DNA of 64,000 bases from the NCBI GenBank assembly GCA_963741955.1, contig CAVUKB010000004.1, positions 160,001-224,000 on the forward strand. Direction: 5' to 3'. Shown here one piece after another: positions 9,066 to 19,134 of this stretch. Under the pieces are notes generated by a model. The model was not told where the DNA came from. It worked only from the letters and a program-made list of their open reading frames with translations, and did not search any database. The DNA comes from an uncultured Acidobacteriota bacterium. Lineage in GTDB: Bacteria; Acidobacteriota; Thermoanaerobaculia; Gp7-AA8. Within the stretch, counting starts at the first letter, position 1, and each line of letters starts with the position of its first letter. The position numbers and the translations under genes were made by a program.

Positions 9066-10934
9066 GTGTGGGATCCGCTGTCCGATACGCTCGTCTCCAT
9101 CTTCAAGGCGGGGGCGAGCCGGAACGCATCGATCGATGCGAACGGCGGGCTCCTCGCGCAGTTCGTCCACGGCGGGCTCTCGTACGACGACCCGATCGAG
9201 ACCACCCGCGTTTCCACGCGCCCGGGCACGACTGGCAGCGAGATCGACCGCTTCTATCCGGTCTACGACGAGGCCGGGACGGGGAATCTCGACGCGGTGC
9301 TGAACGCGAGCGGCGAGATCGTCGCGCGCAACGTGCCGAACGATCCGTTCGGCGCGCACGAGCTCGATTTGAGCGGCGCCGCGGTCGACCGGATCGCAAT
9401 CAGCGCCGAAAAGGACCACGACGGCAACCTCACTACGGTGGAGGTCACGGTGCGGACCACCGAGGCGCTGAGCGCGCCGACGCTCGCAGCGGGTCTGCGG
9501 CTCGCGGCTGTGGACGGCGGGGGAGCGGTGGTAAGATCGTCGGGCGCAATACCGCAGCTCATTGACAACGATCCGTACTCGGCACGCTTCACGCTGACGG
9601 CGGCGCAATGGGCCGCACTGACGGATGCGGCCCCGGTGGGGACGCTCACGCCGGCGGCGCTGTCGGTCGCGGTGACGAAGGAGCTCCGGGCCGCGGCGTG
9701 GGGAGCGGACGTTCCGATCCTCCCGGCGCCCGACTGGGCGACGGCGACGCAACCGGTGACGAGCTCCGGCAATCTTCCGGTCGAAGTGCGCGAGTCGCTC
9801 TCGAGCCTTTCGAGCTGGCTCGCAGGGGTTCCGGCGGACGGCGACGACAGGAAGACGCTCTACGAGGTCGACTCGCTCGCCCTCCTCGCCTCGGCGGCGC
9901 CGGTCTCGGGCGGCGGCGAGAGCCCGATGGGCGCGATGCTCACGGCGCGCTTTCAGGCCCAGCCCTTCACCGAGCCCCTCACCCGCCACAACTACGTCCG
10001 CGCGAGATGGTACGACCCGGAGACCGGGACGTGGCTCTCGCCCGATCCCATGGGGTACCGCGACAGCTCGAACCTCTATGCGTTCGCAGGCGGGGATCCA
10101 GTCAATGGGAGGGATCCGAGGGGAGAGGGGGATCCCCGCGTGCGACTCCCAGCCCAACTCGATCCTAGTCACGGAATGTTGGCATCGTCGGCGCCGATCC
10201 GGCCGGCGCTCACGAAGGTGACGGCGATTTGCGTCTCTTGCGTACTCAAGAGACTGCGTGACGCCATTTTCGAGTGGGAAGCGCAGCGTCAACAGAGCCT
10301 TCGAAGAAGACAGATAGAAGACCGGATTCGCGCGGAGAGGTTCTTAGCCAATTGGTTTCATCTTTCTCCCGAAGAAGCGAGAGATCAGCTTGATTTCTTG
10401 GAAACCGTCGGCCAAGTAGGGAACCTCATGATCGGCGTGGGTAAGGTCGGACCGGAAGTCCCGATCTCGGGCGAACTCGGGCTGAGCGCAGAAACGGAAG
10501 GAGTCGCAGCGGTTCCCAACAGTGGCCTTGATGTGGTCCCAAGACCGAACATGCCGGTGCGGAGAGTTCAAGATCCGATGGGACGTATTGTAACCGTCTG
10601 GGGACAGGCAGAGCACGCTTCGTCGAAAACTCCCGGTCATGCCGAGGCGATCAATCAGACCGTCGACGAAATGATCTCCAGCGGCGAATACGAGTACATT
10701 ACTATTCAACGGAGCTGGCGGACCGCGACAGGGAGAGTCGGGGAAAGCGCCCGCATTCCTGACATCATCGGTGTTCGACGAACCGGCGAGGTTGATGCGA
10801 TCGAGATCATGTCCAAGACAGATACCGAACTCGGATTACAGGAGAGGCTGCAAAAAGCGATGGAATCAGTGCCGGAGTCGCGAAGAGGATTCATATCGGT
10901 GCGACCTCCGTTAGACGGAGGGGGTGGATGGTAA
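9066..10934 (+). CDS. RHS core (3' part) with PD-(D/E)XK nuclease toxin (cassette 3)
   Basis: NYVRARWYDPETGTWLSPDPMGYRDSSNLYAFAGGDPVNGRDPRG, then a tip with RIPDIIGVRRTGEVDAIEIMSKTD. Confidence 0.88.
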   Translation: MWDPLSDTLVSIFKAGASRNASIDANGGLLAQFVHGGLSYDDPIETTRVSTRPGTTGSEIDRFYPVYDEAGTGNLDAVLNASGEIVARNVPNDPFGAHELDLSGAAVDRIAISAEKDHDGNLTTVEVTVRTTEALSAPTLAAGLRLAAVDGGGAVVRSSGAIPQLIDNDPYSARFTLTAAQWAALTDAAPVGTLTPAALSVAVTKELRAAAWGADVPILPAPDWATATQPVTSSGNLPVEVRESLSSLSSWLAGVPADGDDRKTLYEVDSLALLASAAPVSGGGESPMGAMLTARFQAQPFTEPLTRHNYVRARWYDPETGTWLSPDPMGYRDSSNLYAFAGGDPVNGRDPRGEGDPRVRLPAQLDPSHGMLASSAPIRPALTKVTAICVSCVLKRLRDAIFEWEAQRQQSLRRRQIEDRIRAERFLANWFHLSPEEARDQLDFLETVGQVGNLMIGVGKVGPEVPISGELGLSAETEGVAAVPNSGLDVVPRPNMPVRRVQDPMGRIVTVWGQAEHASSKTPGHAEAINQTVDEMISSGEYEYITIQRSWRTATGRVGESARIPDIIGVRRTGEVDAIEIMSKTDTELGLQERLQKAMESVPESRRGFISVRPPLDGGGGW

Positions 10935-11695
10935 CGGAGAGTTCGGTTGCAGTGGTAGCAGCTCTGTATGGCATACAGAATCCGGCGGTTGATTCCTATA
11001 CCGACATCATCGTTCGTTGGCTGCGCGCGCGCGGCCTGAATTTCGACAAGGCCGTAATAACGTTAGCGTCGGGGGATACCTTAAGCGGCCGGTTCGAGGA
11101 CGTGTTCTCGAAGTCGCGTCCCTGTCGTCAGTACTTGGACGTTAGCCTTTACATCCTGCTGCCAGACGCACGTGTAATGGCTCGGGATCATCTGGTGGCA
11201 CTGGTTTATTCCAAACGCCTCGATTGCGTTGCGTTGTCGGTCCGCCGGTCCGTGGTCAGTTTCGACGCGGATGAGTGGCGCGCAATCGTAGGAGACCTTG
11301 TCACGTTGGTACGACCTTGGTACGGAATCGCTTACGAACGTCCCGCTCACCTTGGCCCGGTAATGTTTGCGATCGGCATTTCGCAGGGCTTGGGTTTCGC
11401 ATCAGAGGATCTGAAGGCCGCCTCAGAAATTTCACGATGGGGTTCAACAGGCCTTCGTGAGAAGGTGTACATGAAAGGATTGCTGCGCGATGTATACCGG
11501 TGGAACATCCTCTCAGAGGTGCACCTAAATTCTCGGGTCGGCGGGATGGCCTTGGATGAATGGATCAAGAACGGCCAAGGCACCCGCGGAGCCGTCGACG
11601 TGCTTGCAGATGGAAGATGGTTGTGGCGTGTACCGCCCGAAGGTCTTGACGCGATGAGGCGAGCTTTGCGCGGCGAGGGCCTATTATGGGTTTAG
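10928..11695 (+). CDS. putative immunity protein for cassette 3
   Basis: 255 aa ORF overlapping the toxin stop, preceded by a GGAGG RBS; lower GC. Confidence 0.75.
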   Translation: MVTESSVAVVAALYGIQNPAVDSYTDIIVRWLRARGLNFDKAVITLASGDTLSGRFEDVFSKSRPCRQYLDVSLYILLPDARVMARDHLVALVYSKRLDCVALSVRRSVVSFDADEWRAIVGDLVTLVRPWYGIAYERPAHLGPVMFAIGISQGLGFASEDLKAASEISRWGSTGLREKVYMKGLLRDVYRWNILSEVHLNSRVGGMALDEWIKNGQGTRGAVDVLADGRWLWRVPPEGLDAMRRALRGEGLLWV

Positions 11696-11716
11696 GGGAA
11701 TCGTGATCGGAAGATC

Positions 11717-12370
11717 GGGGCCAGGCCTTCGATTCTCGCTTGCAGGTGTAAGCGACTCGATGGTCTGTAGTTAGCGACACGGTGACTTTGACTCTGAACG
11801 GAGAAAGCGGGGTGAGCGCGTCGCTTCTCGGATAATTCGTAAGATGCTCGATCGAATGCGGCGTAGTGGACTGGTGTCGATGAAGATCGGAACGGATTCG
11901 GCCTCCGTCTCGTGGCGAAACCTGGACCGGGCGTCACTTGGAACGAGGCTCCGCCAGGGCGAATCGTGAAGAGTGGTCAGTCTTCAGGCCGATCGCGCCC
12001 GCCTCAGAACGGTGGTGGGCCGGCTGAGTCGCGGATGATGTCCGGGGGCGGGAGCATCGGCCAGATCGGGACGGGCCGCTTCGGAGCGGATTCGGGGACT
12101 CCGGCCTGAAGCGACGCGAGGCACTGGTCGGCGAGAACGCGAAGGAACGGATCATTCGCGAGCTCGCGCTCGCAACGCGAGATCACGTTCGAGACATGCC
12201 CGGTGCTGCCGAGGCGCAGGGTGGCCGCGATCGGGCGAAGCCGTTCGGCGCTCTCGTAGCGCCCGAGCCACGATGATCGAGGCCATTCTCGGCTCAGCCC
12301 CTCCCGCGGCACGCCTTATCCGAGGTGCCTTCGGACGGCGGCGGAGTTTCTCATCGGTAAGGCCTGATCT
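11717..12370 (-). mobile_element. remnant of GGGGTCA-type Y1 (RAYT-like) transposase element: end plus transposase C-terminus
   Basis: End GGGGCCAGGCCTTCGATTCTCGCTTG at 11717. 12000..12272 is homologous to 19633..19905 (WLGRYESAERLRPIAATLRLGSTGHVSNVISRCERE). Confidence 0.65.
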
Positions 12371-12380
12371 CGACTCTCCA

Positions 12381-12641
12381 CTATTCGTACGCTTTGCTGC
12401 GATGGCGTATCCGCACGATGTCGACGGCCCTTTTTCTGTCATCAATCGCGTAGATAACGCGCCAGTCGCCCGCGCGAATGCGCCACAGATCGAGCGCACC
12501 TTTGAGCTTCTTCACGCCTGGAGGACGCGGATTGCTCGATAGTGCGGCGATCTTCGCTTCGATCCGTGATGCGATCGTCGGCGCGAGCTCGTCGAATTCT
12601 TTCGCTGCCGATGGCTTGACGGTGATGCGGTATTCAGCCAC
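12381..12641 (-). CDS. RelE/ParE-family type II toxin
   Basis: MAEYRITVKPSAAKEF...NPRPPGVKKLKGALDLWRIRAGDWRVIYAIDD...IRHRSKAYE; GTG start overlaps the antitoxin end. Confidence 0.93.
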   Translation of the reverse strand: MAEYRITVKPSAAKEFDELAPTIASRIEAKIAALSSNPRPPGVKKLKGALDLWRIRAGDWRVIYAIDDRKRAVDIVRIRHRSKAYE

Positions 12642-12828
12642 GCGCCTGCCGTCGGCGTCGTGCAAGCCGGCGTCGGACGACATCGAATGGGATGCTCTTC
12701 TCCGCCTGGCGCTCCTCGGCGACGAGCTGATCGTAGAAATCCTCCCACGCATCGCCGTACAGATCGAGGTCGATCAGGACGGCGACCTTTTTGCCCTTGT
12801 CGTCGGTCACGAAGTGAATCCCTTCCAT
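12634..12828 (-). CDS. cognate antitoxin (RelB-like, 64 aa)
   Basis: MEGIHFVTDDKGKKVAVLIDL...EDFYD...SIPFDVVRRRL, upstream of and overlapping the RelE gene, with a GGGAG RBS. Confidence 0.85.
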   Translation of the reverse strand: MEGIHFVTDDKGKKVAVLIDLDLYGDAWEDFYDQLVAEERQAEKSIPFDVVRRRLARRRRQARG

Positions 12829-12928
12829 CTCATCTCCCGAGTCGGTCGTTCGCCGAAGCTTTCGCCATCCGGTGTGTACAACATGATCGCACGAATGAGG
12901 CTTCCCGGGACGCACTCCACGTGAAATC

Positions 12929-13148
12929 GACCTGACCCCCGCCGACTTCCGCTCCGGCCAGGAGCGCATGCCGCAGCTCGACTCGGCGACGCGCTCGGTT
13001 CTCGCCTCGCGCGGGATCGACCTCTCGCTCCTCGACCCGCCGTCGATGACGGCCACCGAGTCGGCGGCGGGACACAAGATCGAATCGATGACCAGCGGCT
13101 CCACGACCGAGACGCTCCACTACCCGCAGTCGCAGAGAACCGAGGATG
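12929..13148 (+). pseudogene. RHS core fragment (5' piece of cassette 4)
   Basis: Near-identical to 8421..8640 (DLTPADFRSGQER...HYPQSQRTED). Confidence 0.85.
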
Positions 13149-13157
13149 AGAAGAATT

Positions 13158-13350
13158 GGGGTCAGGTCTTCGTCTCTCGCATGCTTCCGTTAAACCACTG
13201 TGGAAGCGTCACTTCGACTCATCCCATCGCGCCGTGGATTGTACGGCATCCACGCCGACGCCAGCCGTTCCTGCCTCCGCTCACCCTCCTCGAGACCCGT
13301 CTCCGATTCTACGAGGGGTAGAACCTCGGTATTTCGCGAAAGCCGAGGTA
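13158..13350 (+). mobile_element. upstream end of the GGGGTCA-type Y1 element (diverged copy, inverted relative to 20040..20234)
   Basis: Starts GGGGTCAGGTCTTCGTCTCTCG and ends in CCGATTCTACGAGGGGTAGAACCTCGGTATTTCGCGAAAGCCGAGGTA, colinear with the reverse complement of 20040..20234. Confidence 0.65.
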
Positions 13351-13370
13351 CTGTGGGGGTCAAAAACGAT

Positions 13371-14755
13371 TGTCACGTCGGATTAGGAGTGTCGAAGTGG
13401 CGAGAGAGGCGTGCGAGAGGGAGCTCCGCCGACTCGGTCGATCGTCTTTCAAGGCGAGGCCGGATCGAATTGTCGCCATTCGAGGCGGTGATCCGCTGAG
13501 GATCTGACGTGGAGGTAGCGCTTTCGCTCTCGGCCTGGTCGGCCGCGGCGGATGATCTTTGAAAAGCAGTTCGGTCTGACGCTACGCTGCGCGATCGCGC
13601 ATCTCGAGCCGGTACTCGTGATGGAGCCCGCCGAGGTGCGGGATGGCGACGACGGCGGCGCCGTTCGGGAGTCGGTGTCGGCCGGAGGCGATGAGCCGGG
13701 GTTCGGTGTAGTAGGCGCGGTAGTGGGCGAGAAGGCGATTGAGGTGGCGGACGCCGAGGGGCCAGATCCGGTCGAGAAGCTCGCGACGGAGGGTGCCGAT
13801 CATCCGCTCGGCGAACGCGTTCGCCTGCGGAGAGCGCGGAGGGATGCGGAGCGCTTCGATGCCGAACGAGGCGAGAGTCGCGTCGACACCGCCCCAGAGC
13901 GGGTCGTTGTCGCGGACGAGGAAGCGGTGCCGATGATCGCACGGGATCGCTTCGCGCAGCTTCTGATTGATCCAGTCGCGAGTCGGGTTTTCCGTTGCTT
14001 CGAGGCATAGCAGCCGTCGTGACCCGATCTCGAGCAGGACGAGGACGAAGACCTCCCGGAGCTTGCCGCTGAGTGAGGGAACGTAATCGACTGCGAAGTC
14101 CATCGCGAGGGTGACGTTCGCATGGTTGCGGATGAACGCCGACCATCGCTGATCGCCACGCGGGCGCGGGCCACGTACCTCGCGAATATAGCGGCGGACC
14201 GTGTTCCGTGAGACGGAGACCCCGAGCTTCGCGATCTCCCGGAGGATCCGCCCCGCTCCCCAGAGCCGGTTCTCGCGCGCCATCTGCCGCACGAGCTCGC
14301 GCGTCTCTTCCGGGAGCCTGCGCCGCCGCAGATGCGCTGACGCCGCCGCATCAGAATCGCGACCCACTCGCGCCGCCATCGCATCACCGTGCGCGGGGTG
14401 AACGCGATCGAGAGATCCCTCCAACGAGGTACGAGCCGCGAGAGGATCGCGAACACGATCTTCTCGCTGCGCGTCGCGCGCCGGACGCTCCTTTTCGTCA
14501 TCCGATACAGCCGCAGCTGCCGCTCGAGCCAGAGCGCGTCGAGCGTATTCGCTTGAACGAGCGTAAGGCTCAGAAAGACGATGACGAGCAACTCGCCGAG
14601 AGCGGAGAGGAGAAGAAGAGAGCGGAGCAAGAGTTGACCTCGTGAGGGGCGCGGCACTTGGTGGGCGTGCGCGCTTGGCGAAGGATCATATCAATGCGAA
14701 GATCCGTCTGGAACGGCGTCTAAGGGGACGGAGTCGAATACCCGTCGACGTGACG
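13371..14755 (-). mobile_element. IS481/IS3-like element with rve integrase-core transposase
   Basis: Short inverted ends TGTCACGTCG (13371) and CGACGTGACG (14746-14755) flank the transposase pseudogene. Confidence 0.55.
13582..14657 (-). pseudogene. integrase-core (rve) DDE transposase, frameshifted near 14340
   Basis: N-terminus (TPRTVMRWRR) lies in ORF 13800..14657. MARENRLWGAGRI, AMDF, LVRDND, SPQANAFAERMIGTLRRELLD and LGGLHHEY lie in ORF 13582..14424. Confidence 0.88.
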
Positions 14756-14775
14756 CGGTAATGCGATGAATTCGA

Positions 14776-15138
14776 TCAAGAGCGCGACTCTCGATGAGTC
14801 GAGCGGGAAGTGATTTCAACGAGAGTCTCGCCATTCTCGATCATCCGGAGTGCTTCCGGCAGGGCCTTCTCGAGGAGGTGCCGGAGAAAGGCGTTCGATG
14901 TGTTACCCGAGGTAATCCAGATCACCCGGGGCGGTGCACCACGGCTCTCGAGAAGGCGAGGGAAGTCGGCATCTTTCGTGATCACCACCGCATCGGCCGT
15001 ACGTGCGGCGTCGAAAATCTCGCGATCGGATGCATCGCGCAGACCGAGTCGTTTGATCGAAAGAGCCTCGACATCGAAGGTGGCGGTGATCCACGGCGCG
15101 AGCTCGGGAGAGAGTTGTGCGTCAACCCAGAGGATCAT
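14776..15138 (-). CDS. DUF5615 PIN-like toxin (VapC45-like)
   Basis: MILWVDAQLSP...LRDASDREIF...VITKDADF...PPRVIWITSGNTSN. Confidence 0.9.
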   Translation of the reverse strand: MILWVDAQLSPELAPWITATFDVEALSIKRLGLRDASDREIFDAARTADAVVITKDADFPRLLESRGAPPRVIWITSGNTSNAFLRHLLEKALPEALRMIENGETLVEITSRSTHRESRS

Positions 15139-15359
15139 GCTGCGATCACAGGATGGTCGATACGGTGACTCGCGTACCGCAGGCTCGCCTGAATGTCCTC
15201 GATCTCGAGGTCCGGCATTTCGATCAGGATTTCGTCGGTGGTCAACCCCGATGCAAGGAGATCGAGGACGTCGGAGACGCGGATGCGCATACCGCGGATG
15301 CAGGGACGACCTCCACACTGTTCCGGATCGATCGTGATTCGGGGTTCGAATTCAACCAT
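15135..15359 (-). CDS. DUF433 antitoxin
   Basis: RITIDPEQCGGRPCIRGMRIRVSDVLDLLASG...EDIQASLRYA; ATGA overlap with the PIN gene. Confidence 0.93.
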   Translation of the reverse strand: MVEFEPRITIDPEQCGGRPCIRGMRIRVSDVLDLLASGLTTDEILIEMPDLEIEDIQASLRYASHRIDHPVIAA

Positions 15360-15458
15360 TGACCGTTCTCCTTCGACTCGAAGCGCGCCAGATTCTGCGA
15401 GAACAGAGTATAGCTGCCGCAGAGTCTTCGATCCAAACCGGATGCCCATCGGCTGGCG

Positions 15459-16305
15459 ACCGAGAAGCCCACCTCCGCGAACGGGGAGATCCGGCGGATC
15501 CGGTATGACTACGACTGCAACGACCGTCTCGTCGGACGCCGCGCGGAGATGGCCGAGGTTACCGATCCCGCGGCGGACCTCGCGACGCTCAGCTGGGAGC
15601 TCGAGGCCCGTCCCGATGCCCTCGCGAGCGACGGGCTCCCGGCGGACGTCACGCTCGTATGGGACCCGCTGTCCGATACGCTCGTCTCCATCTTCAAGGC
15701 GGGGGCGAGCCGGAACGCATCGATCGATGCAAACGGCGGGCTCCTCGCGCAGTTCATCCACGGCGGGCTCTCGTACGACGATCCGATCGAGACCACCCGC
15801 GTTTCCACGCGCCCGGGCACGACTGGCAGCGAGATCGACCGCTTCTATCCGGTCTACGACGAGGCCGGGACGGGGAATCTCGACGCGGTGCTGAACGCGA
15901 GCGGCGAGATCGTCGCGCGCAACGTGCCGAACGATCCGTTCGGTGCGCACGAGCTGGATCTCAACGGCGCCGCGGTCGACGGGATGGCGATCGACGCCGC
16001 AAAAGACCGCGACGGCAACCTCACTACGGTGGAGGTCACGGTGCGGACCACCGAGGCGCTGAGCGCGCCGACGCTCGCAGCGGGTCTGCGGCTCGCGGCT
16101 GTGGACGGCGGGGGAGCGGTGGTAAGATCGTCGGGCGCAATCCCGCAGCTCATTGACAACGATCCGTACTCGGCACGCTTCACGCTGACGGCGGCGCAAT
16201 GGACCGCACTGACGGACGCGTCTCCGGTGGGGACGCTCACGCCGGCGGCGCTGTCGGTGGCGGTGACGAAGGAGCTCCGGGCCGCGGCGTGGGGAGCGGA
16301 TGTCC
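15459..16305 (+). pseudogene. RHS core of cassette 4, upstream of a +1 frameshift
   Basis: Near-identical to 8688..9716 without the MITE. An extra C in GTCCCCGATC at about 16304 (GTTCCGATC in cassette 3) shifts the frame. Confidence 0.85.
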
Positions 16306-17550
16306 CCGATCCTCCCGGCGCCCGACTGGGCGACGGCGACACAACCTGTGACGACCTCCGGCAATCTTCCGGTGGAAGTGCGCGAGTCGCTCTCGAGCCT
16401 CTCGAGCTGGCTCGCAGGGGTTCCGGCGGACGGCGACGACAGGAAGACGCTCTACGAGGTCGATTCGCTCGCCCTCCTCGCCTCGGCGGCGCCCCCGTCC
16501 TCTATGTCGGGCGGCGGCGAGAGCCCGATGGGCGCGATGCTCACGGCCCGCTTCCAGGCGCAACCCTTCACCGAGCCCCTCACCCGCCACAACTACGTCC
16601 GCGCCCGCTGGTACGACCCGGACACCGGAACGTGGCTCTCGCCCGATCCGATTGGATACCGCGATAGCTCGAACCTGTATGCGTTCGCGGGCGGCGATCC
16701 GGTGAACTGCGCAGACCCTACAGGCCAAGCGGCGTCAGTGACCAAGACGGGTTTGGTGGTCGGCCGACGGCCGGACGGCACGTCCTACCGGATCGAGCCG
16801 GGGGCCGACTCGGCGGAAATGATGCGCATTCTGGAGACCGACGCTGACGTTGGGAGCGAAGAGCGCGAGGAGATAATAGAGACCGCTCTGCGCCGGGGGC
16901 CGGGGTCGATCAGCGCGATGAGGGGGAGTCCAGGCCCTGGCGCGTTCTGGTGGGCGGTCGACACAGCAACCGTTGGCTTCTTCTCTATGCCCGGTGGCAA
17001 CTACAGTCCGTTGAGAGAAGACGAACCTGTCCAGGCGTCGCTCGATCTGCGAACTTTCAAAAGGGAATATCCGAAGACGATCTTTGTGGCGGACGCCGCG
17101 CAAGCGCTGACGGCGAAAGGCTGGGCTGTGAAGGCGATGGGAATCGTCGGCGCAGGTCTTGGTCTCGCCGACAATCTTGGTCGCAGCAAGCCTCTGCAGC
17201 CTGGCGAATCTGGGCGATTCTCGGATCTGGATCGACGCGGTGTTACCGGGGATGACCTGACGCCACATCACATGCCACAGGCCGCCGCTGGCTTCACGTC
17301 CAGAGAAGAGGGTGGCGCTCTCGTAATGGAGCATGGAGAGCACATTCAAACGCGAACGTACTTCAGCAAGGGGCGAGCTGTCGCGAGAGCGGAGGCCGGC
17401 ATGTCGTTTCGCGATGTGCTGGCACGCGACATTCGCGATGTTCGGAAGATCGTCGGGACGGAGTACGACGAGGGGATCTTGCACCTGCTCAAGTACTACA
17501 GAAAGTATTTCCCTGAGCTGATGGAGAAAGTGGCAAAGGTGGCGAAATGA
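16300..17550 (+). CDS. RHS core end with HNH/EndoVII-like nuclease toxin (cassette 4)
   Basis: RARWYDPDTGTWLSPDPIGYRDSSNLY...DPVNCADPTG, then a tip GDDLTPHHMPQ...GGALVMEHGEHIQTRTY...LARDIRDVR. Confidence 0.85.
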   Translation: MSPILPAPDWATATQPVTTSGNLPVEVRESLSSLSSWLAGVPADGDDRKTLYEVDSLALLASAAPPSSMSGGGESPMGAMLTARFQAQPFTEPLTRHNYVRARWYDPDTGTWLSPDPIGYRDSSNLYAFAGGDPVNCADPTGQAASVTKTGLVVGRRPDGTSYRIEPGADSAEMMRILETDADVGSEEREEIIETALRRGPGSISAMRGSPGPGAFWWAVDTATVGFFSMPGGNYSPLREDEPVQASLDLRTFKREYPKTIFVADAAQALTAKGWAVKAMGIVGAGLGLADNLGRSKPLQPGESGRFSDLDRRGVTGDDLTPHHMPQAAAGFTSREEGGALVMEHGEHIQTRTYFSKGRAVARAEAGMSFRDVLARDIRDVRKIVGTEYDEGILHLLKYYRKYFPELMEKVAKVAK

Positions 17551-17843
17551 TCCGTAAAGAAGTTCTGGAGCTAAAGCTTCTTGGGCCGCTGCCGGATCAG
17601 CACGCAGATGAAGAAGCGTTCGAAAGGCACGAGAAGGTGCTGTCGGCGATTACGCCGCCTGTCAGTGCTGAAGAGGCGAAGATCCTCGTCAGACTGTTCG
17701 GGCCGGATGACGCATACGGCGCAGCATGGACGCTTCTTCATCTGATTGAGTCTGCGCCGAGTTGGCCAATCGAGGAGTGCCTGCGGGGCGCCGGTCTGTG
17801 GATTGACACCCTCCGGCGTCGGGCGGCCGATCTGAAGCGGTAG
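17547..17843 (+). CDS. putative immunity protein for cassette 4
   Basis: 98 aa ORF with ATGA overlap on the toxin stop; LFGPDDAYGAAWTLLHLIESAPSWP pattern. Confidence 0.8.
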   Translation: MIRKEVLELKLLGPLPDQHADEEAFERHEKVLSAITPPVSAEEAKILVRLFGPDDAYGAAWTLLHLIESAPSWPIEECLRGAGLWIDTLRRRAADLKR

Positions 17844-17936
17844 TGTCCAAAAAGTTCTGCAAAAAGGAAAAGGGCCAAGGAGGTCTCCTGTAAAGTTCAA
17901 GTCGCTAAAGCAAGAACGAGAACAGGAGAGAACTCG

Positions 17937-19127
17937 ATGGCCCGAAAGGATAGTACCGCAGTTGACGTCAGAAGACTCGTCGAGGAGTCCGCAGATCCGG
18001 TGCGAGCGATCGTGAAGGAGACGATCCAGCAGATTCTCGAGTGCGAGATGGAAGAGGCATTAGGGGCTCGGAACGGGGAACGAACAGCGGAGCGGCTGGG
18101 GTACCGAAGCGGGTACTACGAACGGTCGTTCATCACTCGAGTCGGGAAGCTTGAGCTCCGGATTCCGCAGGACCGAAAGGGACTGTTTCGAACGGAGTTG
18201 TTCGAGCGGTATCAACGGAGCGAGAAGGCGTTGTTCGCGGCGTTGACGGAGATGTACGTGCAAGGGGTGTCGACGCGGAAGGTCAAAGCGATCACCGAAG
18301 AACTGTGCGGACACTCGTTCAGCGCGAGTTCGATCAGCGAGATCACAAAAAGGCTGGACCAGCAGTTGGAGGCCTTCGCGAAGCGAAAGCTGGAAGAGGA
18401 GTACCCGTACCTGATCATGGACGCGAGATACGAGCGGATCCGAGAGAACGGAACGATCCAGAACCGAGCAGTGCTGATCGCGATCGGGATCAACAAGGAT
18501 GGACGGCGTTGCATCCTGGGAGTGGAGCTGGCGCACCGAGAGAGTCGGAACAGTTGGACTGAGTTTCTGGTGGGCCTACGCGAGCGGGGCCTGCACGGGG
18601 TCGAGTTCGTGGTCAGCGACGACCACGCAGGGCTGAAGGCTGCGATCCGGGAGGTACTGACCGACGCGGCCTGGCAGCGCTGCTACGTCCACTTTCTACG
18701 AAACGCACTCGATTACCTGCCAAGACGAGGAGATCACGACTGCCTGCAGGAGTTGCGATGGATCTTCGGGCGACGCAACGTCGAGGAGGCCCGCAGAGAC
18801 CTGGCGGCTTGGATCGCGAAGTGGGAAGGAAAGTATCCGAAGCTATGCGACTGGGTAGAGCAAAACATCGAAGAGACGTTGAGCTTCTATCGGTTGCCGG
18901 CCGAGCACCACAAGCACCTGAAGTCGACCAACATGCTCGAACGGCTCAACGAAGAGATCAAGCGACGGACCCACGTGGTCCGGATCTTCCCGAATGAAGC
19001 AAGCTGTCTGAGGCTGGTCCGGGCGCTGGCGGTCGAGACGCATGAGAACTGGATCGAGGCGACTCGGTACCTGAACATGGATCTGTTGGCCGAACACAAG
19101 AAACTCATGCTGCGAGGTGTCGCGTAG
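17937..19127 (+). CDS. IS256 (mutator-family) transposase
   Basis: GYRSGYYER...IPQDRKG, MYVQGVSTRKV, VVSDDHAGL, WQRCYVHFLRN, STNMLERLNEEIKRRTHVVRIFPN. Confidence 0.97.
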   Translation: MARKDSTAVDVRRLVEESADPVRAIVKETIQQILECEMEEALGARNGERTAERLGYRSGYYERSFITRVGKLELRIPQDRKGLFRTELFERYQRSEKALFAALTEMYVQGVSTRKVKAITEELCGHSFSASSISEITKRLDQQLEAFAKRKLEEEYPYLIMDARYERIRENGTIQNRAVLIAIGINKDGRRCILGVELAHRESRNSWTEFLVGLRERGLHGVEFVVSDDHAGLKAAIREVLTDAAWQRCYVHFLRNALDYLPRRGDHDCLQELRWIFGRRNVEEARRDLAAWIAKWEGKYPKLCDWVEQNIEETLSFYRLPAEHHKHLKSTNMLERLNEEIKRRTHVVRIFPNEASCLRLVRALAVETHENWIEATRYLNMDLLAEHKKLMLRGVA

Positions 19128-19134
19128 GAACCAA

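Noticed and set aside
8487-10292. 601 aa minus-strand ORF (also 1652..3064 and most of 15135..16364)
   Set aside because: Antisense to RHS cores; Arg-rich with no motifs. Only the last 74 aa of 15135..16364 (DUF433) is real.
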